DNA of 64,000 nucleotides from Candidatus Woesearchaeota archaeon (lineage in GTDB: Archaea; Nanobdellota; Nanobdellia; Woesearchaeales; DSVV01), in the NCBI GenBank assembly GCA_018657385.1, contig JABHXF010000023.1, positions 1,297-65,296 of the forward strand, read 5' to 3'. The notes under the pieces were generated by a model, which was not told where the DNA came from, searched no databases, and saw nothing but the letters and a program-made list of their open reading frames with translations. The position numbers and the translations under genes are program-made. Shown piece after piece: positions 46,657 to 55,948 of the stretch (positions are counted from its first letter, which is position 1; each line of letters begins with the position of its first letter).

Positions 46657-47501
46657 TCCTACGAAAAGTTGTTGATCAAAAACTCAAAGAATTTGAGATT
46701 GGAGAATTTATTCAAGGCAGTTTAAAGAGAGTTGGACTTAGTCATATTAAATTACAAATGACGCCATTGGGTGAAAAAATAATTATTTATGCATCACGTC
46801 CAGGATTAATTGTTGGTAGAAAAGGACAGAATATTAGAAAATTAACAAGCACATTAAAGAAAAGATTTGGGTTAGAAAATCCACAAATTGAGATTAACGA
46901 AATTGAAAATTTAAATTTAAATGCTAATATTGTTGCAGAAAGAATTGCAAATTCACTTGAAAAGTTTGGTCCAGTAAGATTCAAAGCAATTGGTCACAAA
47001 GCATTGGAATCTGTTATGCAATCTGGTGCATTAGGTGTGGAAATATTAATTACTGGTAAAATACCTAGTAGCAGAGCTAAAAGATGGAGATTTTATCAAG
47101 GTTATTTGAAAAAATGTGGAGATATTGCACTAACTGGTGTAAACACAGCTTATACATCTGCACAAATTAAGAGTGGTACTGTTGGTATTCAAGTAAGAAT
47201 CATGCCACCTGATACTGTTTTACCTGATAAAATTGTTATAAGATCAGAATTATCAGAGGTTGCAGAAATTAAAAATACAGAAAAAGAATCAACACAAGAA
47301 AAAGATTCAGAAAAAGAAAAGAAACCAAAAACAAAGAAACCAAAAAAATCTGTAACAAAAAAATCTACTAAAAAATCCTCAAAAAAGGAAGGGAAAGAAG
47401 AAAAGGAAGTAACTGGGGAAATTAAAGAAAAATCTGATGCTAAACAAGAAAAGTCAGAAGAAAAAGTAAAAGACAAAATAAAAGAAGAAAATAAAAAATA
47501 A
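46653..47501 (+). CDS. rps3: 30S ribosomal protein uS3 with a Lys/Glu-rich C-terminal extension
   Basis: A KH-domain core is present (IIIYASRPGLIVGRKGQNIRKL). The ATGA overlaps the rpl22 stop. The tail starts at ~47253. Confidence 0.93.
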   Translation: MILRKVVDQKLKEFEIGEFIQGSLKRVGLSHIKLQMTPLGEKIIIYASRPGLIVGRKGQNIRKLTSTLKKRFGLENPQIEINEIENLNLNANIVAERIANSLEKFGPVRFKAIGHKALESVMQSGALGVEILITGKIPSSRAKRWRFYQGYLKKCGDIALTGVNTAYTSAQIKSGTVGIQVRIMPPDTVLPDKIVIRSELSEVAEIKNTEKESTQEKDSEKEKKPKTKKPKKSVTKKSTKKSSKKEGKEEKEVTGEIKEKSDAKQEKSEEKVKDKIKEENKK

Positions 47502-47513
47502 AAACTAATAAAA

Positions 47514-47729
47514 ATGAAATACAAAGAGCTTAAAATAATGAGTAAAGAAGATCTTAACTCTAAATTGTTAGAATTAAGAAAGGAATTAATGAAACAAAAT
47601 ACTCAGAGGGCTACAGGAACTCAATTAAAAAATCCATTAATAATCAAAACAATCAGAAAAGATGTTGCAAGGATTTTATCTTTGCTTGAATCAGAAAAAA
47701 CAAAAAAAGGTGAAAAAAAGCATGAGTGA
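47514..47729 (+). CDS. rpl29: 50S ribosomal protein uL29
   Basis: Contains MSKEDLNSKLLELRKELMKQNTQRATG. Confidence 0.9.
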   Translation: MKYKELKIMSKEDLNSKLLELRKELMKQNTQRATGTQLKNPLIIKTIRKDVARILSLLESEKTKKGEKKHE

Positions 47730-48030
47730 AATTTGTTCAACATGCGGTCTTCCAGAAGATTTGTGTGTATGTGAATCAATTGCAAAAGAACAACAAAAAA
47801 TCCAAGTATCTTCCATTAAGAAAAAGTTTGGGAAAATATATACTGTGATTAAAGGAATTGATCCAAAACAAATTGATATCAAAGACTTAACAAAAAAATT
47901 AAAATCAATCTTTGCTTGTGGTGGAACATATAAGGACGAGAAAATTGAACTGCAAGGGAATCACAAACAACATGTTAGGGAAGCATTGGTAAAAATGGAC
48001 TTTGCTCCAGAAACAATTGAAATCAAATAA
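47722..48030 (+). CDS. sui1: Translation initiation factor SUI1 (aIF1)
   Basis: Contains MSEICSTCGLPEDLCVCE and KIELQGNHKQHVREALVKMDF. The ATG at 47722 overlaps the rpl29 stop, so the upstream extension in the ORF track (47662) is rejected. Confidence 0.88.
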   Translation: MSEICSTCGLPEDLCVCESIAKEQQKIQVSSIKKKFGKIYTVIKGIDPKQIDIKDLTKKLKSIFACGGTYKDEKIELQGNHKQHVREALVKMDFAPETIEIK

Positions 48031-48302
48031 TGCTGATCATGACTACGACAAAAGATCTACTAAGGTCTGAATGGATTGGATTGAATGTTAAAATAATCAA
48101 ATCAACAAACAAAACTTTGGATGGTATTGAAGGCAAAGTTGTTGACGAGACAAAACATGCATTCATACTCCAAAATATGAATACAAAAAAAAGAGTGTTG
48201 AAGAGTCATTGTTTTTTCCAAGTAACTTTGGACAACAAACAATTTGTTGTTGAAGGTAAAATGCTTGAGAAAAGACCAGAAGATAGAATAAAAACAAAAT
48301 AA
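48030..48302 (+). CDS. rnp1: RNase P protein component 1 (Rpp29/Pop4)
   Basis: Contains LLRSEWIGLNVKIIKSTNKTLDGIEGKVVDETKHAFIL. It is in the conserved position between uL29/SUI1 and uS17. Confidence 0.85.
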   Translation: MLIMTTTKDLLRSEWIGLNVKIIKSTNKTLDGIEGKVVDETKHAFILQNMNTKKRVLKSHCFFQVTLDNKQFVVEGKMLEKRPEDRIKTK

Positions 48303-48351
48303 AAACAAATAATCATTAAAAAACATTTGAAAAAATCACATGGTGAAGTTC

Positions 48352-48678
48352 ATGAAAAAATCAAAAAATATTGGGTTGGGAATACCAACACCAAAAGAAA
48401 GTTGTGAAGATCAAAAATGTCCGTTCCACGGCGACATTTTAGTTAGAGGTCGATCTTTTGTAGGCATTGTTTCAAAAATTTCATTTCAAAAAAATGCATT
48501 AGTTGAATGGGAAAGAAGAAGATATGTTCCAAAATATGAAAGATATGAAAAAAGAAAATCTAAATTATGGGCTCATAATCCTTTATGCCTTGATGTTAAG
48601 GTAGGGGATAATGTTAAAATAATGGAAACAAAAAAAATAAGTAAAACAAAGAACTTTGTTATTGTTCAAAAACTATGA
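48352..48678 (+). CDS. rps17: 30S ribosomal protein uS17
   Basis: Contains CEDQKCPFHGDILVRGR and KISKTKNFVIV. The ATG at 48352 sits 5 nt after a GGTGA SD. The alternative start is 48340. Confidence 0.92.
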   Translation: MKKSKNIGLGIPTPKESCEDQKCPFHGDILVRGRSFVGIVSKISFQKNALVEWERRRYVPKYERYEKRKSKLWAHNPLCLDVKVGDNVKIMETKKISKTKNFVIVQKL

Positions 48679-48687
48679 GGAATTAAT

Positions 48688-49089
48688 ATGTTAGCAGTAA
48701 ACGCAAAAATAACTAGACCATTACCACATGGCGCAATATTAGAAGTATGCGACAATAGTGGTGCCAAAATCGTTAAATTAATTTCAGTTAAAAAAATTAA
48801 AACTAAGAAAGGCAGAATTCCTGCAGGCGGTGTTGGAGATCTTATTATGGCGAGTGTTCAAAAAGGTAAGCCAGACATGAGAAAGAAAATGGTTCTAGCA
48901 GTTATAGTTAGACAAAAAAAGGAATATAAAAGACCAAATGGTTTAAGAGTTAAATTTGAAGATAATGCTGCTGTAGTATTAAAGGATGATAAAGGAAATC
49001 CTCAAGGTACAATTTTTAAAGGTCCAATTGCTAAAGAGGCATGCGAAAGATGGCCTGGAATTGCAAAGGTTGCAAATATTATTGTATAA
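48688..49089 (+). CDS. rpl14: 50S ribosomal protein uL14
   Basis: Contains LEVCDNSGAKIVKLISV and AVIVRQKKEYKRPNGLRVKFEDNA. Confidence 0.95.
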   Translation: MLAVNAKITRPLPHGAILEVCDNSGAKIVKLISVKKIKTKKGRIPAGGVGDLIMASVQKGKPDMRKKMVLAVIVRQKKEYKRPNGLRVKFEDNAAVVLKDDKGNPQGTIFKGPIAKEACERWPGIAKVANIIV

Positions 49090-49141
49090 TCATAATCAAC
49101 AATTAAAATAAAGAACAAAAAATAATCAAGGAAAAAACAAA

Positions 49142-49648
49142 ATGAAATCAGATTTTTCAAAAACATGGGTTGCAAGTAAGCAAACAAGAAAACAAAGGAA
49201 ATATAGATTTAATGCTCCTTTTCATATTAGATCTAAGTTTTTAAACGTTAACTTATCAAAAGATTTAAGGGAAAAATACGGGATTAGAAATATTAGGGTA
49301 AGGAAAGGAGATAAAATCAAAGTTTTACGTGGAAGTCATAGAAAACAGATTGCTAAAGTTGAAAAAATTAGTGTTGCTAATACTAAAGTATTCCTTGAAA
49401 AAATTGAACAAGTTAAGAAAGATGGGAATAAAACATTAAAACCATTTGAACCATCAAATTTACAAATTGTTGATCTTGATGTTTCAGATAAAAAAAGAAT
49501 TAAAAAGTTAAAGACTTCAAAGGACGCTTCAAAAGATGTTCCAAAAAAACTAAAGTCATCTACATCAAAGCCATCTCAAAAAGATGCTGTAGTCGATACT
49601 AAACAAAAAATAACAAAAGGTAATTCCAATGGTAAAAAATCATCTTAA
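49142..49648 (+). CDS. rpl24: 50S ribosomal protein uL24 with a Lys-rich C-terminal tail
   Basis: The KOW core is IRVRKGDKIKVLRGSHRKQIAKV. The tail starts at ~49517 and overlaps the rps4e start by 20 nt. Confidence 0.9.
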   Translation: MKSDFSKTWVASKQTRKQRKYRFNAPFHIRSKFLNVNLSKDLREKYGIRNIRVRKGDKIKVLRGSHRKQIAKVEKISVANTKVFLEKIEQVKKDGNKTLKPFEPSNLQIVDLDVSDKKRIKKLKTSKDASKDVPKKLKSSTSKPSQKDAVVDTKQKITKGNSNGKKSS

Positions 49649-50327
49649 AAGATTAAATGTCCCAACTTCATGGGTAATTAAGAAAAAATCAAATGTTTTC
49701 ATAACTAGGCCTAAGCCTTGTGGTCATGTTACTGATCATTGTATGCCTATTAATGTCATTTTAAGAGACATGTTAAAAATTGGTAAGACAACAAAGGAAA
49801 TTAAACACATTTTGTTTAATAATGATGTTTTAGTTAATGGGAAGAAAAGGGATGATGTTAAATTTGCTATGGGTTTTATGGATGTCCTCGATATTAAAAT
49901 ATTAAATGAGGCATATCGTTTAATAATAAATCATAAAAACAAATTAGTTACTATCAAAGTTGATGAAAAAGAAAAAAATATTTTATTATTAAAAGTAAAA
50001 AATAAAACCTTGCTTAAAGGTGGTAAATTACAAGTTAATTTTACTGATGGTAGTAACCTATTGGTTGAAAAAGATGAATTCAAAGTTAATGATGTTGTTG
50101 TATTTGATTTTGTAAAGAAAAAAGTTCAACAAATTTTAAAATTAGAAAAAGGATGTTTGATTTACATTGTTGGTGGAAGGTATGTTGGAGGAGTTGTTAA
50201 ACTTGAAAGCATTAAAGATAATGAAATTGTATTCAGAACAGACGACAACGAAGTATTTACAACATCATTAAGATATGCATTTGTTGTTGGAAAAGACAAA
50301 CCAGTAATTAATTTAAATCAAGAATAA
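49629..50327 (+). CDS. rps4e: 30S ribosomal protein eS4
   Basis: Contains MVKNHLKRLNVPTSW and DVLVNGKKRDDVKFAMGFMDVL. Confidence 0.93.
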   Translation: MVKNHLKRLNVPTSWVIKKKSNVFITRPKPCGHVTDHCMPINVILRDMLKIGKTTKEIKHILFNNDVLVNGKKRDDVKFAMGFMDVLDIKILNEAYRLIINHKNKLVTIKVDEKEKNILLLKVKNKTLLKGGKLQVNFTDGSNLLVEKDEFKVNDVVVFDFVKKKVQQILKLEKGCLIYIVGGRYVGGVVKLESIKDNEIVFRTDDNEVFTTSLRYAFVVGKDKPVINLNQE

Positions 50328-50369
50328 AAAATCAATGTAATAAATAATAATTAGGTAATCATAAGGAAA

Positions 50370-50882
50370 ATGAACGTAAATAAACAAATTCAAATTGAAA
50401 AAATCACCTTAAACTTTGGTGCAGGTAAAGATCAATCTATGTTAGAAAAGGGTATGAAGTTAATTGAATATATTACTGGTATTAAACCAATTAAGACTAA
50501 AGCAACAAAGAGAATTCCAGGTTGGGGTTTAAGACCAGGTCTACCTATTGGATGTAAACTTACAATTAGGGATAAAACCAAAGCAGATTATGTTAAAAGA
50601 TTCCTTAAAGCTAAAGCAGATATTTTGAAGCAAAGTAATTTTGATCAACACGGTAATATTGCTTTTGGTGTACACGAGTATATTGATATTGATGGTGTTG
50701 AATATAATCCTGATTTAGGATTAATTGGATTACAAATCTGTATTACTTTGAAAAGAAATGGTTATAGAATTAAGAAAAGAAAAATAATGAAACGTTCTAT
50801 TCCAAAAACTCATCAAATTACTCAGGAAGAATCAATAGAATTCATGAAAAAAGAATTCAATGTTAAAGTGGAGGAAAAATAA
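50370..50882 (+). CDS. rpl5: 50S ribosomal protein uL5
   Basis: Contains [11 protein letters not shown] and [19 protein letters not shown]. Confidence 0.94.
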   Translation: MNVNKQIQIEKITLNFGAGKDQSMLEKGMKLIEYITGIKPIKTKATKRIPGWGLRPGLPIGCKLTIRDKTKADYVKRFLKAKADILKQSNFDQHGNIAFGVHEYIDIDGVEYNPDLGLIGLQICITLKRNGYRIKKRKIMKRSIPKTHQITQEESIEFMKKEFNVKVEEK

Positions 50883-50883
50883 A

Positions 50884-51114
50884 TTGACATATAGCCATTT
50901 TAAAAAACCATTGAAACAACTTAAGGTTAAACCGCCTAAGTTAAAGAAATATTTAAAACATAATACTCCTAAACAAAGAAAAACAGGTAAAGCAAAGAAA
51001 AGATGTAGACGTTGTTTAAGAATAGGTGGTCATATTGATAAATATGGTTTAAACTTATGTAGACAATGTTTCAGACAAATCGCAACAAAAATTGGCTTTA
51101 AGAAGTATAATTAA
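50884..51114 (+). CDS. rps14: 30S ribosomal protein uS14 (zinc type); start uncertain
   Basis: Contains [36 protein letters not shown]. The TTG at 50884 sits 8 nt after a GGAGGA SD. The ORF-track alternative is the ATG at 50860, which overlaps rpl5. Confidence 0.85.
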   Translation: MTYSHFKKPLKQLKVKPPKLKKYLKHNTPKQRKTGKAKKRCRRCLRIGGHIDKYGLNLCRQCFRQIATKIGFKKYN

Positions 51115-51126
51115 AGGTGAAGTTAA

Positions 51127-51519
51127 ATGGTATTAAATGATGTATTAGCAAATGTTTACTCACATTTACTTAATTGTGAGAAGCTTGGAAGAAAGCTTTG
51201 TATAATTAAACCTAGCTCCAAAATGGTTAAGGCTAATTTAAATATCTTAAAACAAGAAGGATATATTGGTGAGTTTAAAGAAGTTGAAGATAATAAAGGA
51301 AATTTTATAGAAATAAATTTAATTAGTACACTTAACAAATGTGGTGTTATTAAACCACGTTATTCAATTAAAAAAGAAGATTTTGATAAATTCGAAAAAA
51401 GATATTTACCTTCAAGAAATATGGGTATCTTAATTGTATCAACCTCACAGGGATTAATGATCCATAGACAAGCTAAAGAAAAAGCATTAGGTGGTAGATT
51501 AATTGCTTATTGCTATTAA
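51127..51519 (+). CDS. rps8: 30S ribosomal protein uS8
   Basis: Contains VLNDVLANVYSHLLN, GILIVSTSQGLMIHRQAKEKALGGRLIAYCY and an AGGTGA SD. Confidence 0.94.
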   Translation: MVLNDVLANVYSHLLNCEKLGRKLCIIKPSSKMVKANLNILKQEGYIGEFKEVEDNKGNFIEINLISTLNKCGVIKPRYSIKKEDFDKFEKRYLPSRNMGILIVSTSQGLMIHRQAKEKALGGRLIAYCY

Positions 51520-51551
51520 TTAGAATTAAAAAAACAAAAAACAAAATAAAA

Positions 51552-52094
51552 ATGAAAGTTAAAAATTATGTTGAGGAAATTAACATTCCAGAGGGAGTTG
51601 AAGCTCAATTAGATGGCTCTATCTTAATGGTTAAAGGTAAGAAAGGAGAGTTAAAGAGAGATTTTTTCGATCCTAGAATTAAAATTCAAATAAAAGATAA
51701 TAATGTTTTATTTGATGTTAAAGTATTAACTAAAAGAGAGAAAATGTTGCTTGGAACTTATGTTGCACACCTTAATAATTTATTTAGGGGTGTAAAGGAA
51801 GGGTTTGTTTATAAATTAAAAATTTGTTCAGGTCACTTTCCAATGAATGTTAGTATAAAAAATGATGAATTTATAATTAAAAACTTTATCGGTGAAAAAG
51901 TTCCTAGGGTATTAAAGATTAATTCAGATGTTAAAGTTAACATAGATGGTGAAGTTATAACCATAGAATCAAATAATATTGAACTAGCTGGTCAAACTGC
52001 AGGTTCAATTGAGAAATTAAGTTCAAGAACTGGATTTGATAAAAGAATATTTCAACAGGGTATATTTATTATTGAAAAGCCTAAAAGGGCATAA
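51552..52094 (+). CDS. rpl6: 50S ribosomal protein uL6
   Basis: Contains IPEGVEAQLDGSILMVKGKKGEL and KLKICSGHFPMNV. An internal ATG is preferred over the start at 51510. Confidence 0.92.
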   Translation: MKVKNYVEEINIPEGVEAQLDGSILMVKGKKGELKRDFFDPRIKIQIKDNNVLFDVKVLTKREKMLLGTYVAHLNNLFRGVKEGFVYKLKICSGHFPMNVSIKNDEFIIKNFIGEKVPRVLKINSDVKVNIDGEVITIESNNIELAGQTAGSIEKLSSRTGFDKRIFQQGIFIIEKPKRA

Positions 52095-52105
52095 AAGGTA
52101 TTAAC

Positions 52106-52720
52106 ATGGAATCAGAAAAATTAAAAAGTATGTTGGAAATGAGAGCAAAGCTGAAGAAAAGAAAACCTAACTTTGTTAGACAAGATATTTTAATCAAACG
52201 TCTAAAAAGAAAATGGGTTAAACCTAGGGGTCTTCATAGTAAATTAAGGCTTTGTAAAAAAGGTAATGCTAAATCAGTTAGTAAAGGATATAAGTCACCT
52301 GCTTTAGTTAAAAACATGTTAAAAAATGGTTTAACACCTATTTATGTTTCTAACCTTGGTGATTTAGAAAATTTTGATAATAAGACACAAACTGCTGTTA
52401 TTAACGCAAAAGTTGGTTTGAGAAAGAAATTAACAATCGTAAAAAAAGCAATTGAAATGAATATTAAAATTGCTAATCTTAAAGATCCTGCAAAATTAAT
52501 TAAAGATAAGGAAGATGAACTTATGAGTAATAAAAAATTAAAACAAGAAAAACAAAAAGAAAAGCAGGAAAAGAAAAAGAAGCTTGAAGATAAAACAAAG
52601 AAAGAAGAAAAGTCAATTGATAAACTTGCTCAAGAAGGAGAAAAAACAGAAGAAGAAAAGAAGCAAGAAGAAAAAAAGAAACAAGATAAGGTCTTAATAA
52701 GTAAAGACGAAGGTTACTAA
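52106..52720 (+). CDS. rpl32e: 50S ribosomal protein eL32 with a Lys/Glu-rich C-terminal tail
   Basis: Contains KKRKPNFVRQDILIKRLKRKWVKPRGLHSKLR. The tail starts at ~52526. Confidence 0.9.
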   Translation: MESEKLKSMLEMRAKLKKRKPNFVRQDILIKRLKRKWVKPRGLHSKLRLCKKGNAKSVSKGYKSPALVKNMLKNGLTPIYVSNLGDLENFDNKTQTAVINAKVGLRKKLTIVKKAIEMNIKIANLKDPAKLIKDKEDELMSNKKLKQEKQKEKQEKKKKLEDKTKKEEKSIDKLAQEGEKTEEEKKQEEKKKQDKVLISKDEGY

Positions 52721-52721
52721 A

Positions 52722-53180
52722 ATGAAATTAGTTGTTCAAAAAAGAATTGCAGCAGACATTATGAAATGCTCTGGGAAAAGAGTTAAATTAGATCCAGATA
52801 GACTTAGTGATGTAAAGGAAGCAATTACAAAAGCTGATATTCGTTCATTAATTAAAGAAGGTGCAGTTAAAAAGCAACAGAAAAAAGGTGTTTCAAGGGT
52901 TAGAGCAAAGAAAAGACAAATTCAACGTTCAAAAGGTAGACAAAGGGGAACAGGAAAAAGAAAGGGAACAGCTAAAGCAAGAGCACCAAAAAAAGAAGTG
53001 TGGATGAGAAAGATCAGGCTTCAAAGAACATTCCTTAAGGAATTAAAAGAAAAAACTTTACTTACAACTCAAGTTTACAGAATATTATATTTAAAAGCAA
53101 AAGGTGGTTTTTTTAGAAGTAGAAACCATTTGAAAAATTATATTGATGAACATAAATTATTTGTATCAAAGAAAAAGTGA
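52722..53180 (+). CDS. rpl19e: 50S ribosomal protein eL19
   Basis: Contains VQKRIAADIMKCSGKRVKLDP and KGRQRGTGKRKGT. Confidence 0.93.
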   Translation: MKLVVQKRIAADIMKCSGKRVKLDPDRLSDVKEAITKADIRSLIKEGAVKKQQKKGVSRVRAKKRQIQRSKGRQRGTGKRKGTAKARAPKKEVWMRKIRLQRTFLKELKEKTLLTTQVYRILYLKAKGGFFRSRNHLKNYIDEHKLFVSKKK

Positions 53181-53185
53181 ATAAC

Positions 53186-53716
53186 ATGAAAAAACGAATT
53201 ATTGTACAATATAGAAGGAAAACAGAAGGAAGAACTGATTACTATAGAAGATTGTCTCTTTTAAAATCAGGAAAACCAAGGTTAGTAATTAGAAAAACCT
53301 TAAAAAACATCATTATTCAATTAGTTGAATATGTTCCTAATGGTGACAAAATAATTGTTGCATACAATACTAAGTCATTAACTAAATTAGGTTGGAAACA
53401 CTCTAATAAAAACATATCTGCTGCTTATCTTGGTGGATTAATGATTGGTAAACTTGCTTTGGGGAAAAAAACTAATGAAGCTATTTTAGATCTTGGTTTA
53501 CAACCAAGCATTAAAGGTTCAAAAATTTATGCAGTTATTAAAGGAGCAATTGATGCTGGATTAAATGTTCCATGTGATGAAAAAATGTTTCCTAGTGAAG
53601 AAAGAACTGCTGGTAAACATATTGTTGATTATCATACAAAATTAAAAAAGCAAAATGTAGAAAATTTATCAAAAGATTTCATATCAATTAAAGAAAAAAT
53701 AATTAAAGGTAATTAG
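53186..53716 (+). CDS. rpl18: 50S ribosomal protein uL18
   Basis: Contains RRKTEGRTDYYRRLSLLKSGKPRLVIRKTLKNIIIQL. The ATG at 53186 is preferred over the GTG at 53177. Confidence 0.92.
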   Translation: MKKRIIVQYRRKTEGRTDYYRRLSLLKSGKPRLVIRKTLKNIIIQLVEYVPNGDKIIVAYNTKSLTKLGWKHSNKNISAAYLGGLMIGKLALGKKTNEAILDLGLQPSIKGSKIYAVIKGAIDAGLNVPCDEKMFPSEERTAGKHIVDYHTKLKKQNVENLSKDFISIKEKIIKGN

Positions 53717-53717
53717 T

Positions 53718-54728
53718 ATGACAAAAAAACAAGTGCAAGAAAAAACTGAAACAAATGCAAAAGAAACTCCTACTGAAAAGCCTATTGTTAAAGCTGTAGA
53801 GGAAACTAAGACAGAGGCTCCTAAAATAGAAGCCCCTAAGGAAGAGAGAGATAATGTTCCTATTTCAAAACCTGATAATAAAGGAAGACCCCAACAAGGT
53901 AGAAGAGATAGAAACGCAAGAGCTGTATTTGATAAAGAAGCATGGAAACCTAAGACTTCATTAGGTTTGAAAGTAAAGGATGGCGAAATTACTGATATTG
54001 ATTATATTTTAGATAATGGGTATAGGATTTTAGAACCTGAAATTGTAGATGTATTATTAAAAAAAAGTGAAACTGATTTATTGCTAATTGGTCAATCCAA
54101 GGGTAAATTTGGTGGTGGTCAAAGGCGTGTATTTAGACAAACACAAAAGAAAACAATGGAAGGTAATAAACCAAAGTTTGCAACATTAGCAGTTATTGGG
54201 AATCATGATGGTTATTTTGGTGTTGGTTTTGGTAAAGCTAAAGAAACAGTTCCAGCAAGAGAAAAAGCATTTAGAAAATCAAAACTTAATATTAGAAAAA
54301 TATCTCGTGGATGTGGTTCATGGGAATGTAATTGTGGAAATCCTCATTCAATTCCTTTTAAAATTCATGGTAAATGTGGTTCAGTAGAATTAACTTTAAT
54401 GCCAGCTCCAATTGGTACTGGTTTATGTGTAGAAAAAGAATGTGCTAAAATTTTGGCATTAGCTGGAATTAAAGATGTTTGGTCAAGAACTAAGGGTAAA
54501 ACAAAAACCAAATTAAACTTAATCAAAGCTTGTATAGAAGCATTAGATAGTTTAATTAAAACAAGATTAACTTCAGCACAGAAAAAAGAAATGTGTGTTG
54601 TTGAAGGTAAAATTACTGTTCAAGCTCAAGATGAAGCTGAATTTATTGATTCAATGGATGTAGAAGATTCAGAAAAATTAAAACAACCAGAAGAATCAAA
54701 ACAATCAGAAAAAAAGTCTGAAAAATAA
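53718..54728 (+). CDS. rps5: 30S ribosomal protein uS5 with N- and C-terminal low-complexity extensions
   Basis: The core is [27 protein letters not shown]...[23 protein letters not shown]. There is a ~70-aa K/E/P/T N-terminal extension and a ~35-aa acidic C-terminal extension. Confidence 0.92.
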   Translation: MTKKQVQEKTETNAKETPTEKPIVKAVEETKTEAPKIEAPKEERDNVPISKPDNKGRPQQGRRDRNARAVFDKEAWKPKTSLGLKVKDGEITDIDYILDNGYRILEPEIVDVLLKKSETDLLLIGQSKGKFGGGQRRVFRQTQKKTMEGNKPKFATLAVIGNHDGYFGVGFGKAKETVPAREKAFRKSKLNIRKISRGCGSWECNCGNPHSIPFKIHGKCGSVELTLMPAPIGTGLCVEKECAKILALAGIKDVWSRTKGKTKTKLNLIKACIEALDSLIKTRLTSAQKKEMCVVEGKITVQAQDEAEFIDSMDVEDSEKLKQPEESKQSEKKSEK

Positions 54729-54757
54729 ATAATCTTAAAATAATAAAGCTGATAAAA

Positions 54758-55213
54758 ATGGAAGAAAAACAAGTTAATCAAACTGAAAAACAAGAAATCA
54801 AGAAACAAAAACCACAATCTACAAAAGATTCTAAAGAGGTTTTATTAGCTGTAATTAGAATAAGGGGTTGTATTGGTATAACTGGTAGTACTCGTGATAC
54901 TCTTGAAATGTTAAAACTTCATAGAAAAAACTTTTGTGTGATCCTTAAATCAACACCTTCATTAGTTGGTATGATTAAAAAAGCAAAAGATTATATCACA
55001 TGGGGAGAGATTGATGAATCATTGTTAAAAGAGTTAATTGAAAAACGTGGTGAACCTAATCCTAAGGACAAATCAAGAACAAAATCATATTTTAGGTTAC
55101 ATCCACCAAGAAAAGGATATGGTAGGAAAGGAATTAAAAAAACATTTACTGTTGGTGGAGGCCTTGGTTATAGGGGCGATAAAATTAATGATTTAATTAA
55201 GAGGATGCTTTAG
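54758..55213 (+). CDS. rpl30: 50S ribosomal protein uL30
   Basis: Contains [30 protein letters not shown] and a ~27-aa K/Q/E N-terminal extension. Confidence 0.9.
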   Translation: MEEKQVNQTEKQEIKKQKPQSTKDSKEVLLAVIRIRGCIGITGSTRDTLEMLKLHRKNFCVILKSTPSLVGMIKKAKDYITWGEIDESLLKELIEKRGEPNPKDKSRTKSYFRLHPPRKGYGRKGIKKTFTVGGGLGYRGDKINDLIKRML

Positions 55214-55269
55214 AAGATTCAGATAACTAATCTGATTTAAATATTAAATATTCAAATAAGTGATTTAAA

Positions 55270-55875
55270 ATGTTAAGAAAAAGAAAAAAAAACACAAGAT
55301 TTAGGGCAAAAACCACTCATGGTTATGGTTCTATGAAGAAGAATCGAGGTAAAGGTCATAAAGGAGGTAGTGGTATGGCTGGTACAGGTAAAAGGGCAGA
55401 TACTAAAAAACCATCTGTATGGGGTAAGAAGTATTTTGGCAATGGTGGCTTTGTAGCTCATAATAGTAGACCTGTTGTTGCAGTTAACATATCTCATATT
55501 GAAGATAAATATCTTAATTTAGTTGAAAAAAGTATAATTACTGAGGAAAATAATGTTTCAGTTGTTGATTTTTCAAAATTAGGTGTTGATAAATTATTAG
55601 GTACTGGTAATCCTACAAGAAAATATAAAATTCTGGTTAATATTGCAAGTAAAAAAGCAATTGAAAAAATTGAAAAAGCTGGTGGAGAAGTAGTTATTAA
55701 AGTAGTTGAGAAAAAGCAAGAACCACAAGAAAAACAGGAAAAACAAAAAAAACAGAAAAAACAAGTGAAGCAAGAGAAACAAGGAAAAGAAGAACAGAAA
55801 AAAGAAAATACACAAGAACCACAAAAAAACAAAGGGGAACAAAAAAGCCCTAAAGAACCAGAAACTAAAGAATAA
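55270..55875 (+). CDS. rpl15: 50S ribosomal protein uL15 with a Lys/Glu/Gln-rich C-terminal tail
   Basis: Contains GYGSMKKNRGKGHKGGSGMAGTGKR. The tail starts at ~55705. Confidence 0.92.
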   Translation: MLRKRKKNTRFRAKTTHGYGSMKKNRGKGHKGGSGMAGTGKRADTKKPSVWGKKYFGNGGFVAHNSRPVVAVNISHIEDKYLNLVEKSIITEENNVSVVDFSKLGVDKLLGTGNPTRKYKILVNIASKKAIEKIEKAGGEVVIKVVEKKQEPQEKQEKQKKQKKQVKQEKQGKEEQKKENTQEPQKNKGEQKSPKEPETKE

Positions 55876-55948
55876 TTACAATAAAATCTTAAAAAAGCCT
55901 TGAAAAATAGGAAAAACATAAAAACCAGTAATTTATGAGGAACTATAC

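Noticed and set aside
47662-47721. N-terminal 20-aa extension of SUI1 (MLQGFYLCLNQKKQKKVKKS) in the ORF track.
   Set aside because: This stretch is the 3' end of rpl29 read in another frame. The conserved SUI1 sequence begins at the ATG at 47722.
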